The position numbers and the translations under genes are program-made. A DNA stretch of 64,000 bases, from the NCBI GenBank assembly GCA_040755855.1, contig JBFMAD010000005.1:1-64000 (forward strand). The letters are read 5' to 3'. Below are positions 8,978 to 19,600 of this stretch, in pieces. A model generated the notes under the pieces. That model ran no database searches. It was not told where the DNA came from and was given only the letters and a program-made list of their open reading frames with translations. Position 1 is the stretch's first letter; each line of letters opens with the position of its first letter. This DNA comes from Planctomycetota bacterium (GTDB lineage Bacteria > Planctomycetota > Brocadiia > JAADGH01).

Positions 8978-9676
8978 ATGAGGCGCGGGATTTGCTGTGT
9001 ATACGTGTGCGTAACACTCGCCTTGACAGCATCTTATGACGCGCAAGCGCAAAGCAAGAAGAAGGGCAAGGAGCCGGAACTGGCCATCTCGAAACGGGGG
9101 AAGCTGATCTTCGAGGATGATTTTTCAGGCAAGGAATTGCTTTGGAACTTCGATGCGAACAGATGTAAATGGGAGATTGTGAAGAAGGCGGCGCTAACAA
9201 AGTCAAAGGGAACGTCGGGTGACACCAAGATCGAAAGGGCGTACACTCAGACTTCGGATGTGATCTTCGAGTTTAAGACACTCCTGCCTCTAAGCGGGGA
9301 CCTGAGTCTATTCTATGCAGCGGCAATACGCGACACACCGTGGGCGAAAATATTTGTCACACCAAGCCCACAATCAGCCATCTATGTGGTCGAGGCAGAT
9401 GAACAGCACAAGGCGTTGGTTCTTTCCCCGCTTGTGTATCGGAAACCCAGGTGGCTCAATGTAACCTTCGAAGTCCTGGGGTCGCGGTATGCGCTTACCG
9501 TGGACGGAACGACTACCGTGTGTGACTTCCCCGCATCAGGCCGACGCCAGGCGACTTTCTTCGCGGTTGGTATGAACAAAAAATCCGATGACGTCTTCGC
9601 CATCGACGACGTCAAGGTCTGGGAGGCGCTGCCGAAGGACGAAGAGCCGGAGAAAGACAAGAAGACCAAGAAATGA
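8978..9676 (+). CDS. Exported ConA/LamG-like beta-sandwich protein
   Basis: Signal peptide ending AQA; GKLIFEDDFSG...IDDVKVWEA. RBS GGAGGAGG. Confidence 0.7.
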   Translation: MRRGICCVYVCVTLALTASYDAQAQSKKKGKEPELAISKRGKLIFEDDFSGKELLWNFDANRCKWEIVKKAALTKSKGTSGDTKIERAYTQTSDVIFEFKTLLPLSGDLSLFYAAAIRDTPWAKIFVTPSPQSAIYVVEADEQHKALVLSPLVYRKPRWLNVTFEVLGSRYALTVDGTTTVCDFPASGRRQATFFAVGMNKKSDDVFAIDDVKVWEALPKDEEPEKDKKTKK

Positions 9677-9806
9677 CGAATTCCTAAGCCCGAATGTCTA
9701 ATCAATGCCTAATGACGAAGCCCAAATGTCTAAGGGAGGACGCTTATGGGATTGGCATTAGGCATTTGGGCATTCCGCATTCTTGCGTCATTCGGAATTC
9801 GTCATT
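9672..9806. repeat. Imperfect palindrome built from AATGNCN heptamer-like units
   Basis: Perfect 13-bp outer IR AATGACGAATTCC (9672-9684) / GGAATTCGTCATT (9794-9806). Inner IR AATGCCTAATG (9704-9714) / CATTAGGCATT (9756-9766). Confidence 0.8.
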
Positions 9807-9881
9807 GTCATCGTCCGCTGTGCGCCGTCCAATCGCAAATCGCCAGTCGAAAATCGAAAATAGAGACCCGATGAAAGGGAT

Positions 9882-10793
9882 GTGACAGTGGCCCGCCGCC
9901 GCGGATACAAGTACATCCAACCCGAAGCCGTCGCCAAGCTCGGCCGATTCAACCTCGTCGCCAAATCGGTCGTCGAGGGTTTCGTCGTCGGTCTCCATCG
10001 CAGCCCCTACCACGGCTTCAGCGTCGAGTTCTCCGATCACCGCGAATACGTCCCCGGCGACAACCTGCGCGACCTCGACTGGATCGCCTACGGCCGCACC
10101 GACCGCTTCTTCATCAAACGCTACGAGGAGGAGACCAACCTCAAGGCCCACATCCTCCTCGACACCAGCGCGTCCATGGGCTATCGCCTGAAGGAGGAGG
10201 GCCTGACGAAACTCGAATACGCCTGCTTCCTCGCCGCCTCGCTTGCCTACCTCATGATTCGGCAGCAGGACTCGGTGGGCCTGATCACGTTTGACGAAAA
10301 AATCAACAACTTCATCCCCGCCCATTCCACCGCCAGCCACCTGAACCGCTTGCTGCGGACGCTGGAGGAGATCGCGCCGGGCAAGCAGACGAGCATCAGC
10401 GAGACCTTCCACAAACTCGCCGAGAACATCAAGCGCCGCGGCCTCATCATCGTCCTCTCCGACCTCTTCGACGACCAAAAGGAAGTCATGCGCGGCCTGA
10501 GCCACTTCCGCCAGAAGAAACACGAGGTCATCGTGTTTCATATCCTCGACAAGGCCGAGAGGGAATTCCCATTCGACCGACTGTCGGACTTCATCGACAT
10601 GGAGACCCGCGAGCGCATCCAGGCCGACCCAAAATACATCCGCGAGGAATACACCCGCGAGGTGCAGGAGTTCATCGACAGCTACCGCCGCGACTGCTTC
10701 CAGAACGATGTGGATTTCGTGGACACGGACACCGCCGTTCCCTATGAGATGATGCTGGCCGCCTATCTCACCCGACGCGAGAGGATCCGGTAA
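9882..10793 (+). CDS. DUF58 domain protein (MoxR-associated)
   Basis: GLHRSPYHGFSVEFSDHREYVPGD, DW.AYGRTD, YEEETN and DTSASM motifs. Confidence 0.93.
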   Translation: MTVARRRGYKYIQPEAVAKLGRFNLVAKSVVEGFVVGLHRSPYHGFSVEFSDHREYVPGDNLRDLDWIAYGRTDRFFIKRYEEETNLKAHILLDTSASMGYRLKEEGLTKLEYACFLAASLAYLMIRQQDSVGLITFDEKINNFIPAHSTASHLNRLLRTLEEIAPGKQTSISETFHKLAENIKRRGLIIVLSDLFDDQKEVMRGLSHFRQKKHEVIVFHILDKAEREFPFDRLSDFIDMETRERIQADPKYIREEYTREVQEFIDSYRRDCFQNDVDFVDTDTAVPYEMMLAAYLTRRERIR

Positions 10794-12901
10794 TGTTCGC
10801 CGCCCCCTACTTCCTGGTCGGCATCGCGGCGGGGCTGATCCCGATCCTCATCCATCTGATTTACCGAAAGCGCGCCCCCCAAATCCTCTTCAGCACGATC
10901 CGGTTCATTCGTACCTCCGCCATGAAGACGGCGCGGCGCCGGAAGATCGAGGACCTGCTGCTCCTCATCTTCCGCGTGCTTCTCTTCTCGCTCCTCGCCG
11001 TGGCGTTGGCCCGGCCCTTCTTCCGGTCCGGGGGACTGCTCAGGGCAAACGCCGCCGTGAACGCCGTGGTGATTCTCGACAACTCCCTCAGCATGGCCGC
11101 CATGCACGGCAACGCGACCCTCTACGGCCGGGCGAAGGAGATCGCCCAGGAGATCATCCGCAACTTCCCCCCCGGCAGCAACGCGGCGCTGATGCTGACG
11201 AACGGATCGCCTTTGCCGGAGAAGCTGAGCAGCGAAATCCCCGCCGTGTACGAGGCCGCCGCCAGCAGCGAACCCGGCGCCGGACGCGCCGACCTCTTCG
11301 GCTGCCTGGCCGCCGCATACAAGATTCTCGGCGAGATCAAGGACCCCAACCGCGAGATCTATGTCATTACCGACATGCAGCGGGTCGCCTGGCAGGGGCA
11401 GTGGCAGAAGCCCGATGTGGAGAAGGGCGATGAGATCGAGTTGATCCTCGTCGCCGTGGGGCGGCGGGGCATGCGCAACCTGGCCGTGACGGCGGCCAAC
11501 CTTCATACCCGCGGCCGGGCGGCGGGCACGCGCGGGACCATCGAGGCCGAGATTCAGAACTCGTCGCCCAGCGATGAGGTCAACCTCCCCGTTGCGCTGA
11601 ATGTGAACGGCCAGCGCGTGGCGGAGCAGATCGTCACCGTCCCTGCCAACGCCAAGGCGTCCGCCCGTTTCACCCATGTCTTCACGGAAACGGGGGCGCA
11701 CACCGGCAGCGTGGAGATACAGATTGACGACGCTCTGGAGACGGACAACCGGCGGCTCTTCGCCGTCCACATCGGGGCGCGGACGAACGTGCTCATCGTG
11801 AAGGAACAGTCCGCCCCCATCAGTTTCCTCGACTCCGCCTTCTACCTGGCTGCGGCGCTCGACCCGAGCATCAGCGGCGGCGTGCTCGTGAGCCAGATCG
11901 AGCACGCGCAATTGCCCGGCGCCAAGCTGGCGGGTACATCGGTCGTCTTCCTGGTCAATCTGAAAAAACTCTCGCCGGAAGAGGCCGCGCTGTTGACCGA
12001 CTTCGTGGAGAGCGGCGGGAGCGTCGTCATATTCCCCGGTTCACACACAGCCTCGGGGGACTATCCCCCCGCGCTCGCCCCGGCCGTCGTGGCGAAGCCT
12101 CTGGGCGATGCGGAGAAGCGCGACGAGTTTGCGACCGTCGGGAAGGTGGACTTTGACCATCCTATCTTCCGGCCGTTTCGCGGTTTGCCTCCATCAGCCG
12201 TTACCGGTGTGCATATTCATCGTTACTTTGAGCTGATTCTCGCCCCCGGCGCCGAGGGTCGTGTGGCGGCCTATTTGGACAATGGTAAGCCCTTGCTGAT
12301 CGAGAAGAACGTCGGGCGAGGCAAGGTGCTGATGTTTGCGACGGCCGCCGATGCCTCCTGGTCCAATCTGCCCGTTCGAAAGATCTTTCTACCGATGATC
12401 CATCAAATCGTATATCACCTGAGCGAAGACGAAGGCGGACGCGCGGACTACATTACCGGCGCGCCGGTGCGGATTCTCCTCCCCCGCGAGGCCGCGGGGC
12501 TGGCCCTTGTTGTGGCGGACCCCCTCGGCCGGGAGACCCGGGTCGAAACCACCGAGGCCGGCGGCGTGCTCGCCGCCGTCTATAACAGCGCAGCCCTACT
12601 GGGAAAATACACCTGGAGCGTGGAATCTCGAGGCGCGCTGAACGGGGTGTTTGTGGTCAACCCCGACCCAGTCGAGTCCGATCTCTCCGCGCTTCCTGCG
12701 GCCAAGGTATCCGACACGCTCGGTCCGGGGAGGGTCCATGTCGCATCCTCGTTGGAGGAGGTGAGCAAGGTCGTGGCGAACATTCGGGAAGGGGTTCAAC
12801 TGCGCGACACGCTCCTGGCGATCGTGATCGGCATTGCCGTGGTGGAATGTTTTTTCGCCAACCGAAAGAAGCCGGTCTCTCAGCAGGAAGGGGCCGCCTG
12901 A
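10793..12901 (+). CDS. BatA N-terminal / VWA domain membrane protein
   Basis: IPILIHLIYR, LARP and MIDAS DNSLSM motifs, plus a C-terminal TM segment. Confidence 0.88.
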   Translation: MFAAPYFLVGIAAGLIPILIHLIYRKRAPQILFSTIRFIRTSAMKTARRRKIEDLLLLIFRVLLFSLLAVALARPFFRSGGLLRANAAVNAVVILDNSLSMAAMHGNATLYGRAKEIAQEIIRNFPPGSNAALMLTNGSPLPEKLSSEIPAVYEAAASSEPGAGRADLFGCLAAAYKILGEIKDPNREIYVITDMQRVAWQGQWQKPDVEKGDEIELILVAVGRRGMRNLAVTAANLHTRGRAAGTRGTIEAEIQNSSPSDEVNLPVALNVNGQRVAEQIVTVPANAKASARFTHVFTETGAHTGSVEIQIDDALETDNRRLFAVHIGARTNVLIVKEQSAPISFLDSAFYLAAALDPSISGGVLVSQIEHAQLPGAKLAGTSVVFLVNLKKLSPEEAALLTDFVESGGSVVIFPGSHTASGDYPPALAPAVVAKPLGDAEKRDEFATVGKVDFDHPIFRPFRGLPPSAVTGVHIHRYFELILAPGAEGRVAAYLDNGKPLLIEKNVGRGKVLMFATAADASWSNLPVRKIFLPMIHQIVYHLSEDEGGRADYITGAPVRILLPREAAGLALVVADPLGRETRVETTEAGGVLAAVYNSAALLGKYTWSVESRGALNGVFVVNPDPVESDLSALPAAKVSDTLGPGRVHVASSLEEVSKVVANIREGVQLRDTLLAIVIGIAVVECFFANRKKPVSQQEGAA

Positions 12902-13768
12902 ATGAGGGTCCTCGCCCCAGCCAAACTGAATCTATATCTGGACGTCCTGGGCAAGCGTCCTGACGGCTACCACGACCTTCAGACAGTCATGCACGAGATC
13001 AATCTGTGCGACGCCATCCGGCTGGAGAAGCGCAAACGGGTGATCTCGCTGGCGTGCGCCGGCCTCCCCGCCCCAGACGGTCCGGAGAACCTTGTCTGGC
13101 GGGCCGCAGATATGTTCCTGAGTGAGACAGGGATCAAGGCGGGGGTGCGAATCAAACTCACGAAGCGCATTCCCGCCCGGCGCGGCCTCGGCGGGGGCAG
13201 CAGCGACGCGGCGGCCGTGCTGAGGGGGATGAATGCGCTCTATGAAGCAGGATTGTCGGACCGGGACCTGATGGGCCTTGCCGCGAGGCTCGGCTCGGAT
13301 GTACCCTTTTTCATCCAGGGAGGGACTGCGCTCTGCGAGGGACGAGGGGAACGGGTGAAGCCGATTCAGACGAGCGCAAAATTTCACTTTCTCCTCGTTC
13401 TCCCATCCTTCGGGCTTTCCACAGCGCGAGTGTATCGGGAGTTGACCAGAAAGGACTTGACACCCGTTCTGGCCGATGCTACAATTTTGCTTGCAGCAGT
13501 GAAACGGGGGGATTTCGAATCCCTGAGCAGGGGGGTGTACAACCGATTAGAGAAGCCGGCATTTCGGCTCCGTCCCCGGCTGCGCCGCATCAAGCAATAT
13601 CTGGCGGCGCAGGGGTGCAGGGGGGTGCTAATGTCGGGGTCGGGCAGTGCTGTCTATGGCGTATTGCCGGACACGTTCACGGCTGAGTCCCTTGCAGACT
13701 CCATTCACTGCAGAGGTTTGGGGAGGGCGATCGTAGTGCAGACGTTCTGCCGTAGCGATCGGACGTAG
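12902..13768 (+). CDS. ispE: 4-diphosphocytidyl-2-C-methyl-D-erythritol kinase
   Basis: APAKLNLYL, DGYH, KRIP..GLGGGSSDAA, LGSDVPFF and MSGSGS motifs. Confidence 0.96.
   Translation: MRVLAPAKLNLYLDVLGKRPDGYHDLQTVMHEINLCDAIRLEKRKRVISLACAGLPAPDGPENLVWRAADMFLSETGIKAGVRIKLTKRIPARRGLGGGSSDAAAVLRGMNALYEAGLSDRDLMGLAARLGSDVPFFIQGGTALCEGRGERVKPIQTSAKFHFLLVLPSFGLSTARVYRELTRKDLTPVLADATILLAAVKRGDFESLSRGVYNRLEKPAFRLRPRLRRIKQYLAAQGCRGVLMSGSGSAVYGVLPDTFTAESLADSIHCRGLGRAIVVQTFCRSDRT
13457..13485 (+). promoter_or_regulatory. Internal sigma70 promoter within ispE
   Basis: TTGACA-17-TACAAT with extended -10 TG, about 310 nt upstream of spoVG. Confidence 0.6.
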
Positions 13769-13794
13769 TGAATCACGACGTGGGAGTGGACGTC

Positions 13795-14184
13795 TTGGAG
13801 ATCACAGAAATCAGCGTGAAATTGTTGGACGAGCCGGAGGGCCCGCTGCAGGCGTATTGCAGCATTACATTTGATGATGAGTTTGCGGTCAAGGACCTGA
13901 AGATCATCAAAAGTGCTGAAGGCACGTTTGTGGCTATGCCGAGCCGCAAGGTGTCCACCAAGTGTTTCAAGTGCGGGGGCAAGAACCACCTGAAGGCGAG
14001 GTTCTGCAATGACTGCGGGACGCGGCTGGACATGAAGCGCGGGCAATTCGCGGAGGCGCAAAGCAAGTTATATGTGGACGTGGCCCACCCCATCAATCCC
14101 ACCTGTCGCGAGAAGATCGAAAAGGCCGTGCTGGATGCCTACAGGGAAGAATGCGAAAAGGCCAAGGGCCAGAATCGGAGCTGA
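13795..14184 (+). CDS. spoVG: SpoVG with zinc-ribbon insertion
   Basis: MEITEISVK, ITFDDEF, FVAMPSRK, CxxC...CxxC insert and DVAHPIN. TTG start with RBS GGGAG (GTG 13768 is an alternative). Confidence 0.9.
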   Translation: MEITEISVKLLDEPEGPLQAYCSITFDDEFAVKDLKIIKSAEGTFVAMPSRKVSTKCFKCGGKNHLKARFCNDCGTRLDMKRGQFAEAQSKLYVDVAHPINPTCREKIEKAVLDAYREECEKAKGQNRS

Positions 14185-14185
14185 C

Positions 14186-14269
14186 ATGACGCCTCAAGGT
14201 GCAGTCATCGCCGTCGCCGTACTTGTCTGCCGCGCCACGCCTCTCCCTCGGGTGCGCATCGGGTCATGA
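14186..14269 (+). promoter_or_regulatory. Putative ilv attenuation leader peptide (27 aa)
   Basis: GGAG-5nt-ATG; MTPQGAVIAVAVLVCRATPLPRVRIGS*; 6 of 8 consecutive codons are Val/Ile/Leu; ends 87 nt before ilvB. Confidence 0.55.
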
Positions 14270-14356
14270 ACCGATTGCTGCGCCGGAGCAAGGCGCGGCG
14301 CGATACCGGAGGGCCCGCTTGACGATTCACCAATAAGACCTATAGGACCTATAGAT

Positions 14357-16039
14357 ATGACCATGACCGGATCGCAAATCCTCGTTGAAACACTCATTGA
14401 TACGGGGGTGCAATTTATCTTCGGCTATCCTGGCGGCGCCGTTATCCCCCTCTTCGACGCGCTGATGGACTACGAGCCCGACAAGATCAAGCTCATCCTC
14501 ACGCGGCACGAGCAGGGCGCGGCCCATGCCGCCGACGGATACGCCCGCGCCACCGGCAAGGTCGGCGTCTGCATCGCCACCTCCGGACCCGGCGCGACCA
14601 ACCTGACCACGGGTATTGCCACGGCAAACATGGACTCGATCCCCATGGTCGCCATTACGGGTCAGGTCAAGACGCAACTCATCGGAAACGACGCCTTCCA
14701 GGAGGCCGATGTCACCGGCATCACCCGGCCCATTACCAAACACAACTTCCTGGTTCGCGATATTCAGGACCTCGCCCGAACCGTCAAGGAGGCATTCTAC
14801 ATCGCCTCCACGGGCCGACCGGGACCGGTGGTCATTGACCTCCCCGTGGATGTCACCACCGCCAAGCTGGAGAAGGCCAAGGTCAACTCCACCATCCGCC
14901 TTCCCGGATACAAGCCGCGCTTCGAGGGCAACGAGCACCAGTGCCGCAAGGCCGCAGAGGCGATCAACAACGCCGAGCGCCCCGTCCTCTACGCCGGCGG
15001 CGGCGTCATTATCTCGGGCGCCTCGGCGGAGCTTCGAGAACTGGCGGAGAAGGCAAACGTGCCGGTCACAACAACGCTCATGGGCCTCGGGGCGTTCCCT
15101 GAGAACGACCCCCGCGCCCTCGGCATGCTGGGCATGCACGGCACGGTCTACGCCAACTACGCCATCACCGATTCGGACCTCGTGATCGCTGTCGGGGCCC
15201 GCTTCGACGACCGCGTGACGGGGCGGCTCGACAAGTTCGCCCCCGGCGCAAAGATCCTGCACATTGACATAGACCCGGCGTCCATCAGCAAGAACATCCC
15301 CGTCCACATCCCCGTCGTGGGCGATTGCAAGGATGTGCTGAGAAAAATCCTGAAGCATGTGAAATACGCCGACCGCGATCTCTGGTTCAAGAAGATTGAC
15401 GTGTGGAAGAAGCGCCATCCGCTGCGTTACAACAACGAGGGGACGCGTATCAAGCCGCAGTACGTCGTCGAGCAGATCTACGAGGCGACCAAGGGCGACG
15501 CCATCATCTGCACCGAGGTGGGACAGAACCAGATGTGGGCGGCCCAGTTCTACACCTACACCAAGCCGCGGACCTGGATCTCCTCCGGCGGCCTGGGCAC
15601 GATGGGCTTCGGCTTCCCCGCAGCCATCGGCGCGCAGGTCGGCTGCCCGGACAAAATCGTCTTCGACATCGCCGGCGACGGCAGCATCCAGATGAACATC
15701 CAGGAACTCGCCACCGCCGTCTACAACAAGCTCCCCGTCAAAATCGCCATTTTGAACAACGGCTATCTGGGCATGGTCCGACAGTGGCAGGAGCTTTTCT
15801 TCAACAAGCGATACTCCCACACGGCGCTGCACGGGAATCCGGACTTCGTCAAGCTGGCCGAGGCCTACGGCGCGGTGGGAATCCTGATCGAAAAGAAGGA
15901 GGACGTCCGCCCGGCCATTGATCGAGCCATTGCGACGAACAACGTGGTGATGATGGACTTCCGCGTGGAACCGGAGGAGAACGTCTCCCCCATGGTGCCC
16001 GCCGGGGAGCCTATCAACAAGATCATGATGCTGGCGTAG
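14357..16039 (+). CDS. ilvB: Acetolactate synthase large subunit
   Basis: [43 protein letters not shown] and ThDP motif GDGS...NN. Confidence 0.98.
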   Translation: MTMTGSQILVETLIDTGVQFIFGYPGGAVIPLFDALMDYEPDKIKLILTRHEQGAAHAADGYARATGKVGVCIATSGPGATNLTTGIATANMDSIPMVAITGQVKTQLIGNDAFQEADVTGITRPITKHNFLVRDIQDLARTVKEAFYIASTGRPGPVVIDLPVDVTTAKLEKAKVNSTIRLPGYKPRFEGNEHQCRKAAEAINNAERPVLYAGGGVIISGASAELRELAEKANVPVTTTLMGLGAFPENDPRALGMLGMHGTVYANYAITDSDLVIAVGARFDDRVTGRLDKFAPGAKILHIDIDPASISKNIPVHIPVVGDCKDVLRKILKHVKYADRDLWFKKIDVWKKRHPLRYNNEGTRIKPQYVVEQIYEATKGDAIICTEVGQNQMWAAQFYTYTKPRTWISSGGLGTMGFGFPAAIGAQVGCPDKIVFDIAGDGSIQMNIQELATAVYNKLPVKIAILNNGYLGMVRQWQELFFNKRYSHTALHGNPDFVKLAEAYGAVGILIEKKEDVRPAIDRAIATNNVVMMDFRVEPEENVSPMVPAGEPINKIMMLA

Positions 16040-16058
16040 AGGAGGAGGTCATTTGTCC

Positions 16059-16550
16059 ATGAAACACATCATCTGCGCCACCGTGGAAAATAAAATCGGC
16101 GTGCTGGCGCACATCGCCGGCCTCTTCGCCGCGCGCGGCTACAACATAGACAGCCTCGCCGTGGCCGAGACCGAGAGCCACAATATGTCCCGCATGACCA
16201 TCGTCGCCGACGACGAAGGCAACGAGGCGATTATCGAGCAGATCCGCAAACAGCTCGAACGGGTGGTGAGCGTCGTGAAGGTGAACGACCTCACCCGCGA
16301 GGACCACATCGAGCGCGACCTGGCGCTCATCCGCGTCAATGCCTCGCCCGGACGCCGCGGCGAGATCATCGAGCTGGTGGACATCTTCCGCGGCAAGATC
16401 GCCGACGTGGGCGTCAAGGACATGGTCGTCGAGGTCACCGGCGCCGAGGACAAGATCGAGGCCTTTGTTGACCTCCTCCGCCCCTACGGCATCAAGGAGC
16501 TTGTCCGCACCGGCCGCATCGCCATGACGCGCGGCGGGCGGACGAAGTAG
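16059..16550 (+). CDS. ilvN: Acetolactate synthase small (regulatory ACT) subunit
   Basis: VENKIGVL, LFAARGYNIDSL, SRMTI and ELVRTG motifs. Confidence 0.96.
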   Translation: MKHIICATVENKIGVLAHIAGLFAARGYNIDSLAVAETESHNMSRMTIVADDEGNEAIIEQIRKQLERVVSVVKVNDLTREDHIERDLALIRVNASPGRRGEIIELVDIFRGKIADVGVKDMVVEVTGAEDKIEAFVDLLRPYGIKELVRTGRIAMTRGGRTK

Positions 16551-16641
16551 CTCGGGCCATGAAAGCTGGTCGCTGAACCAAATTAACTAAGGTATCCCCG
16601 AAACGCCTGTCCGGAACTCCGCTCGTGGGGCAAGTCTCGCC

Positions 16642-19600
16642 CTACATCGCGCCCAGGATGCGGACAGTGCCGTCCGCCGTACCGACCGGAAGGACCGAGG
16701 GGTTGATGCGGTCCTCGCCGGGACGAAGTAGGGCTGTCACGGGCGAGCCGAGAGTTTCGCAACCAAGAAGCTTGCCTTCACCGCTCACGAGGAAGACGTT
16801 GCCCGATGAACAGACGGCAACGATGGAATCATCCTTGCGCGGCCAGAGGATGCGGGCCTCATCGCCGAAATAACTGAACCACAATTGCTTTCCAGTTGCC
16901 CCGGCAAAAGCATGAAGATAACCGCACCGTGACGCGCAGAGGAGCTGGGCCTCGCCCTGGACTGCCCGCACGGCGATGGCGTCAGGACTGCCGGCGACGT
17001 CGGCCTGCCAGATGGGATTACGCTCTTCATTACACGCAACAATCTGATTGCTCGGCGTATCCCGCGCCACGATAATCTCTCGCTTGCCATCGCCGGTCAG
17101 GTCGCACAGGCGAATGTCACGGATTTGCTGGCTGGGCATGCGCGTGACTTGGAGTCCCTGGACGCTTTCGCCCTTGGCATCGATAATCACGACCTGGCCC
17201 GCCAGGGTCGGGCCGGTGATGCCCGCGAAAAGAAACGGTTTGCCCTGATAGATGGTTGGCGTGAGGGCGATGCACACCCCCCATCCCCCGGCCCTTTTCC
17301 AGATCTCCTTGCCCGATCCGGTCAGGGCGTAGAGGCGGCGATCTCCGTTCGAAAGGATGATATCCTGCTCGCCGTTCCCATTAAGGTCCGCGGATGTAAT
17401 TTCGCGAATGCGGCTTTTCTGGTCGCTCCAGTGAGGCCAGCCCATGCGGACATAGGGGATTGTGAGGCCCCAAAGTCTCTTGCCCGTTGCATCAAACCGC
17501 GTGATTGTGCCGTCCTCCTCGCCCACGAGCAAGTCATCCTTCAGGAAGTGCAGGGAAAGGACCAGCGTTCCGACCTTTGCGCGTCGGCGTTCAGCGCCGT
17601 CCAGTCCCATGACCACGACCGAGCCCCTCTTTGTGCCTGCGGCGATGCAGTCGGGGCCGACGGCAACGGCCGTGATCTCATCGCCCACCATCGCCTTTCT
17701 CCACGGAAGTCTCACGGCTTGCAGGCAAGCCGAGGCGACCACTGGTTTTGCCGGCAGCATCGTCAGTGGAGCCGCTGTGTCGCTTGCCACGCCATCGGAC
17801 GATGCAACAAGGCGGTCTTTCTGGATCGCTGCGTACACCGTGCTTCCATCCTTGGCATCGGAAACGCGCCAGCCCTTCGGGGTCTGAGCGAGGCCGTAGC
17901 GCGTCTCAGAGGGCTTGTCATCCACGTAGATCAGGCTGGCCATGTCCGCACATCCGTCGGCGGGGATATTGGCGCGAATGATCTCGACGCGATTCTTGGT
18001 TCCGCTCATGCCGCCCTTTGTCGGCCCCGCGCTTTGCAGGTGGAAGGCGGCGCTGCCTTGGCGGCTCAGCACGCCGTCCTCTCGCGCCGTGACATCGCCG
18101 TCAATGTGCCAGTGCCGCTCGGTGAAGAGTTCGCCCGGTTTCTTGGCCATGGCGCGGTCAAGGACAAGCGTCCATGCTCCCTGTTTCCGCAGGATGTGCC
18201 GCTGCCATGCCACATCGCCCAAGCCGTCGAGCGCGCATCCCGCCGCATCACACCCGTTGCTGAGCTTGGTCACGTAGAGAAGCCGCGCGCAGGCATGCGC
18301 CCCGCCGGGACCTTGCCCATTAAGCGCAACCAGCAGGCCGTTCTGTTGCCGGATCGTGGAGCATGTCGGCCCGCTGTATCCGTATTCCTCCCTCAGCCAG
18401 AGCGCGCCACGATCTCGATACTCGATGATGCAATTGGCATCCTGAAAGGAGTGCCCTCCGCCGCCGAGCCCGTCAATCTTGAGATAGAAACTCTCCGGCT
18501 TGTAGCCGTCGCGGAGGACCAGCTTGTCGAAGCTTTGTTCGGGTGACGTGGTAACCCTGAGTTCCGTGCCGCCCGAACCTTCCTTCATCTGTGCGTGCCA
18601 CATCGGGTCCAGCGGCGCGATGTTTGCGCCGAGGAGTTCTTTCTTTTCCTCCGGCGCCTCGAATCCGCAGAAGGAGCGAAAGTTCTCCCCGAGCACGCTG
18701 CTGTCACCCATGCCGGCGCAGTGCTTGAGGTAGGCATCCTTGCCCGCATGGGCCATGAGGGCGAGATAGCCGGGATCATTGGCAGAGACAGCACGTGCAC
18801 CGAGGTAGGCCATCAATCCGCGGCCATGCCAGTGGTCGAGGATCGTGCGGTCGGTTGCTTCCTTGAGAGCGCGGCTCTTGAGGTAGTCCTCCTTGCTCGC
18901 CGCCAGCGCATACATGAGCGTACACAAGAGCGATGCGCCATACTGATGATAGCCGCCGTCCTCCGATGGTTTTGAGGAGGTTAGTTGCGGTGCGAAGAAC
19001 TTGTCCACCATGTCGAACCACTCTTTCGCATCCTCTATGCCGTAGCGCCGCTGGAAGTAGCGCGCCAGCCAGAAGCCGTCCAGCGCCCTGCCGAGTCCAT
19101 GATTCCCGCGCAACTTCCAGCCCTGATCGCGCAGCGGGCGCGGGCCTTCATCGGTGCGGGCGAGGAAGAGAAATTTCTCATCTACGTCGCGCCGGTCCTC
19201 GGGTTTGAAGAATGGATGGTCCGCAAAAAGGTCCCACGGCAGAAGGACCGCATCAATTACGCTGTGAATCTGCGAAGGGGTCTCCTGCTTGCGATGCAGG
19301 ACATCGTGCTCGAAGAAATAGAGAAGCTCGCGCTTGAAGATCGGAAGGTAGGCCTCATCGCCGGTGCGGAGGTATCCCATACCCGCCTTGCCGATCTGAA
19401 GCAGATACTCCCAACTGCCCCAGGACCCCTCCCGCTTCCATGCCACGTCGTTTTTCAGGAACTCGCTGGTCCATCCCTGGATCACGTCAGCGTTTGCGCC
19501 GAGCTTCACATCATTGACATAGCGGAGTCGAGGGCCCTGCTTTGCGATGATCTCCCCTGCGCGCGCCGTGGCCGAGGCGATGTCTTCGGGATAGCTTCCG

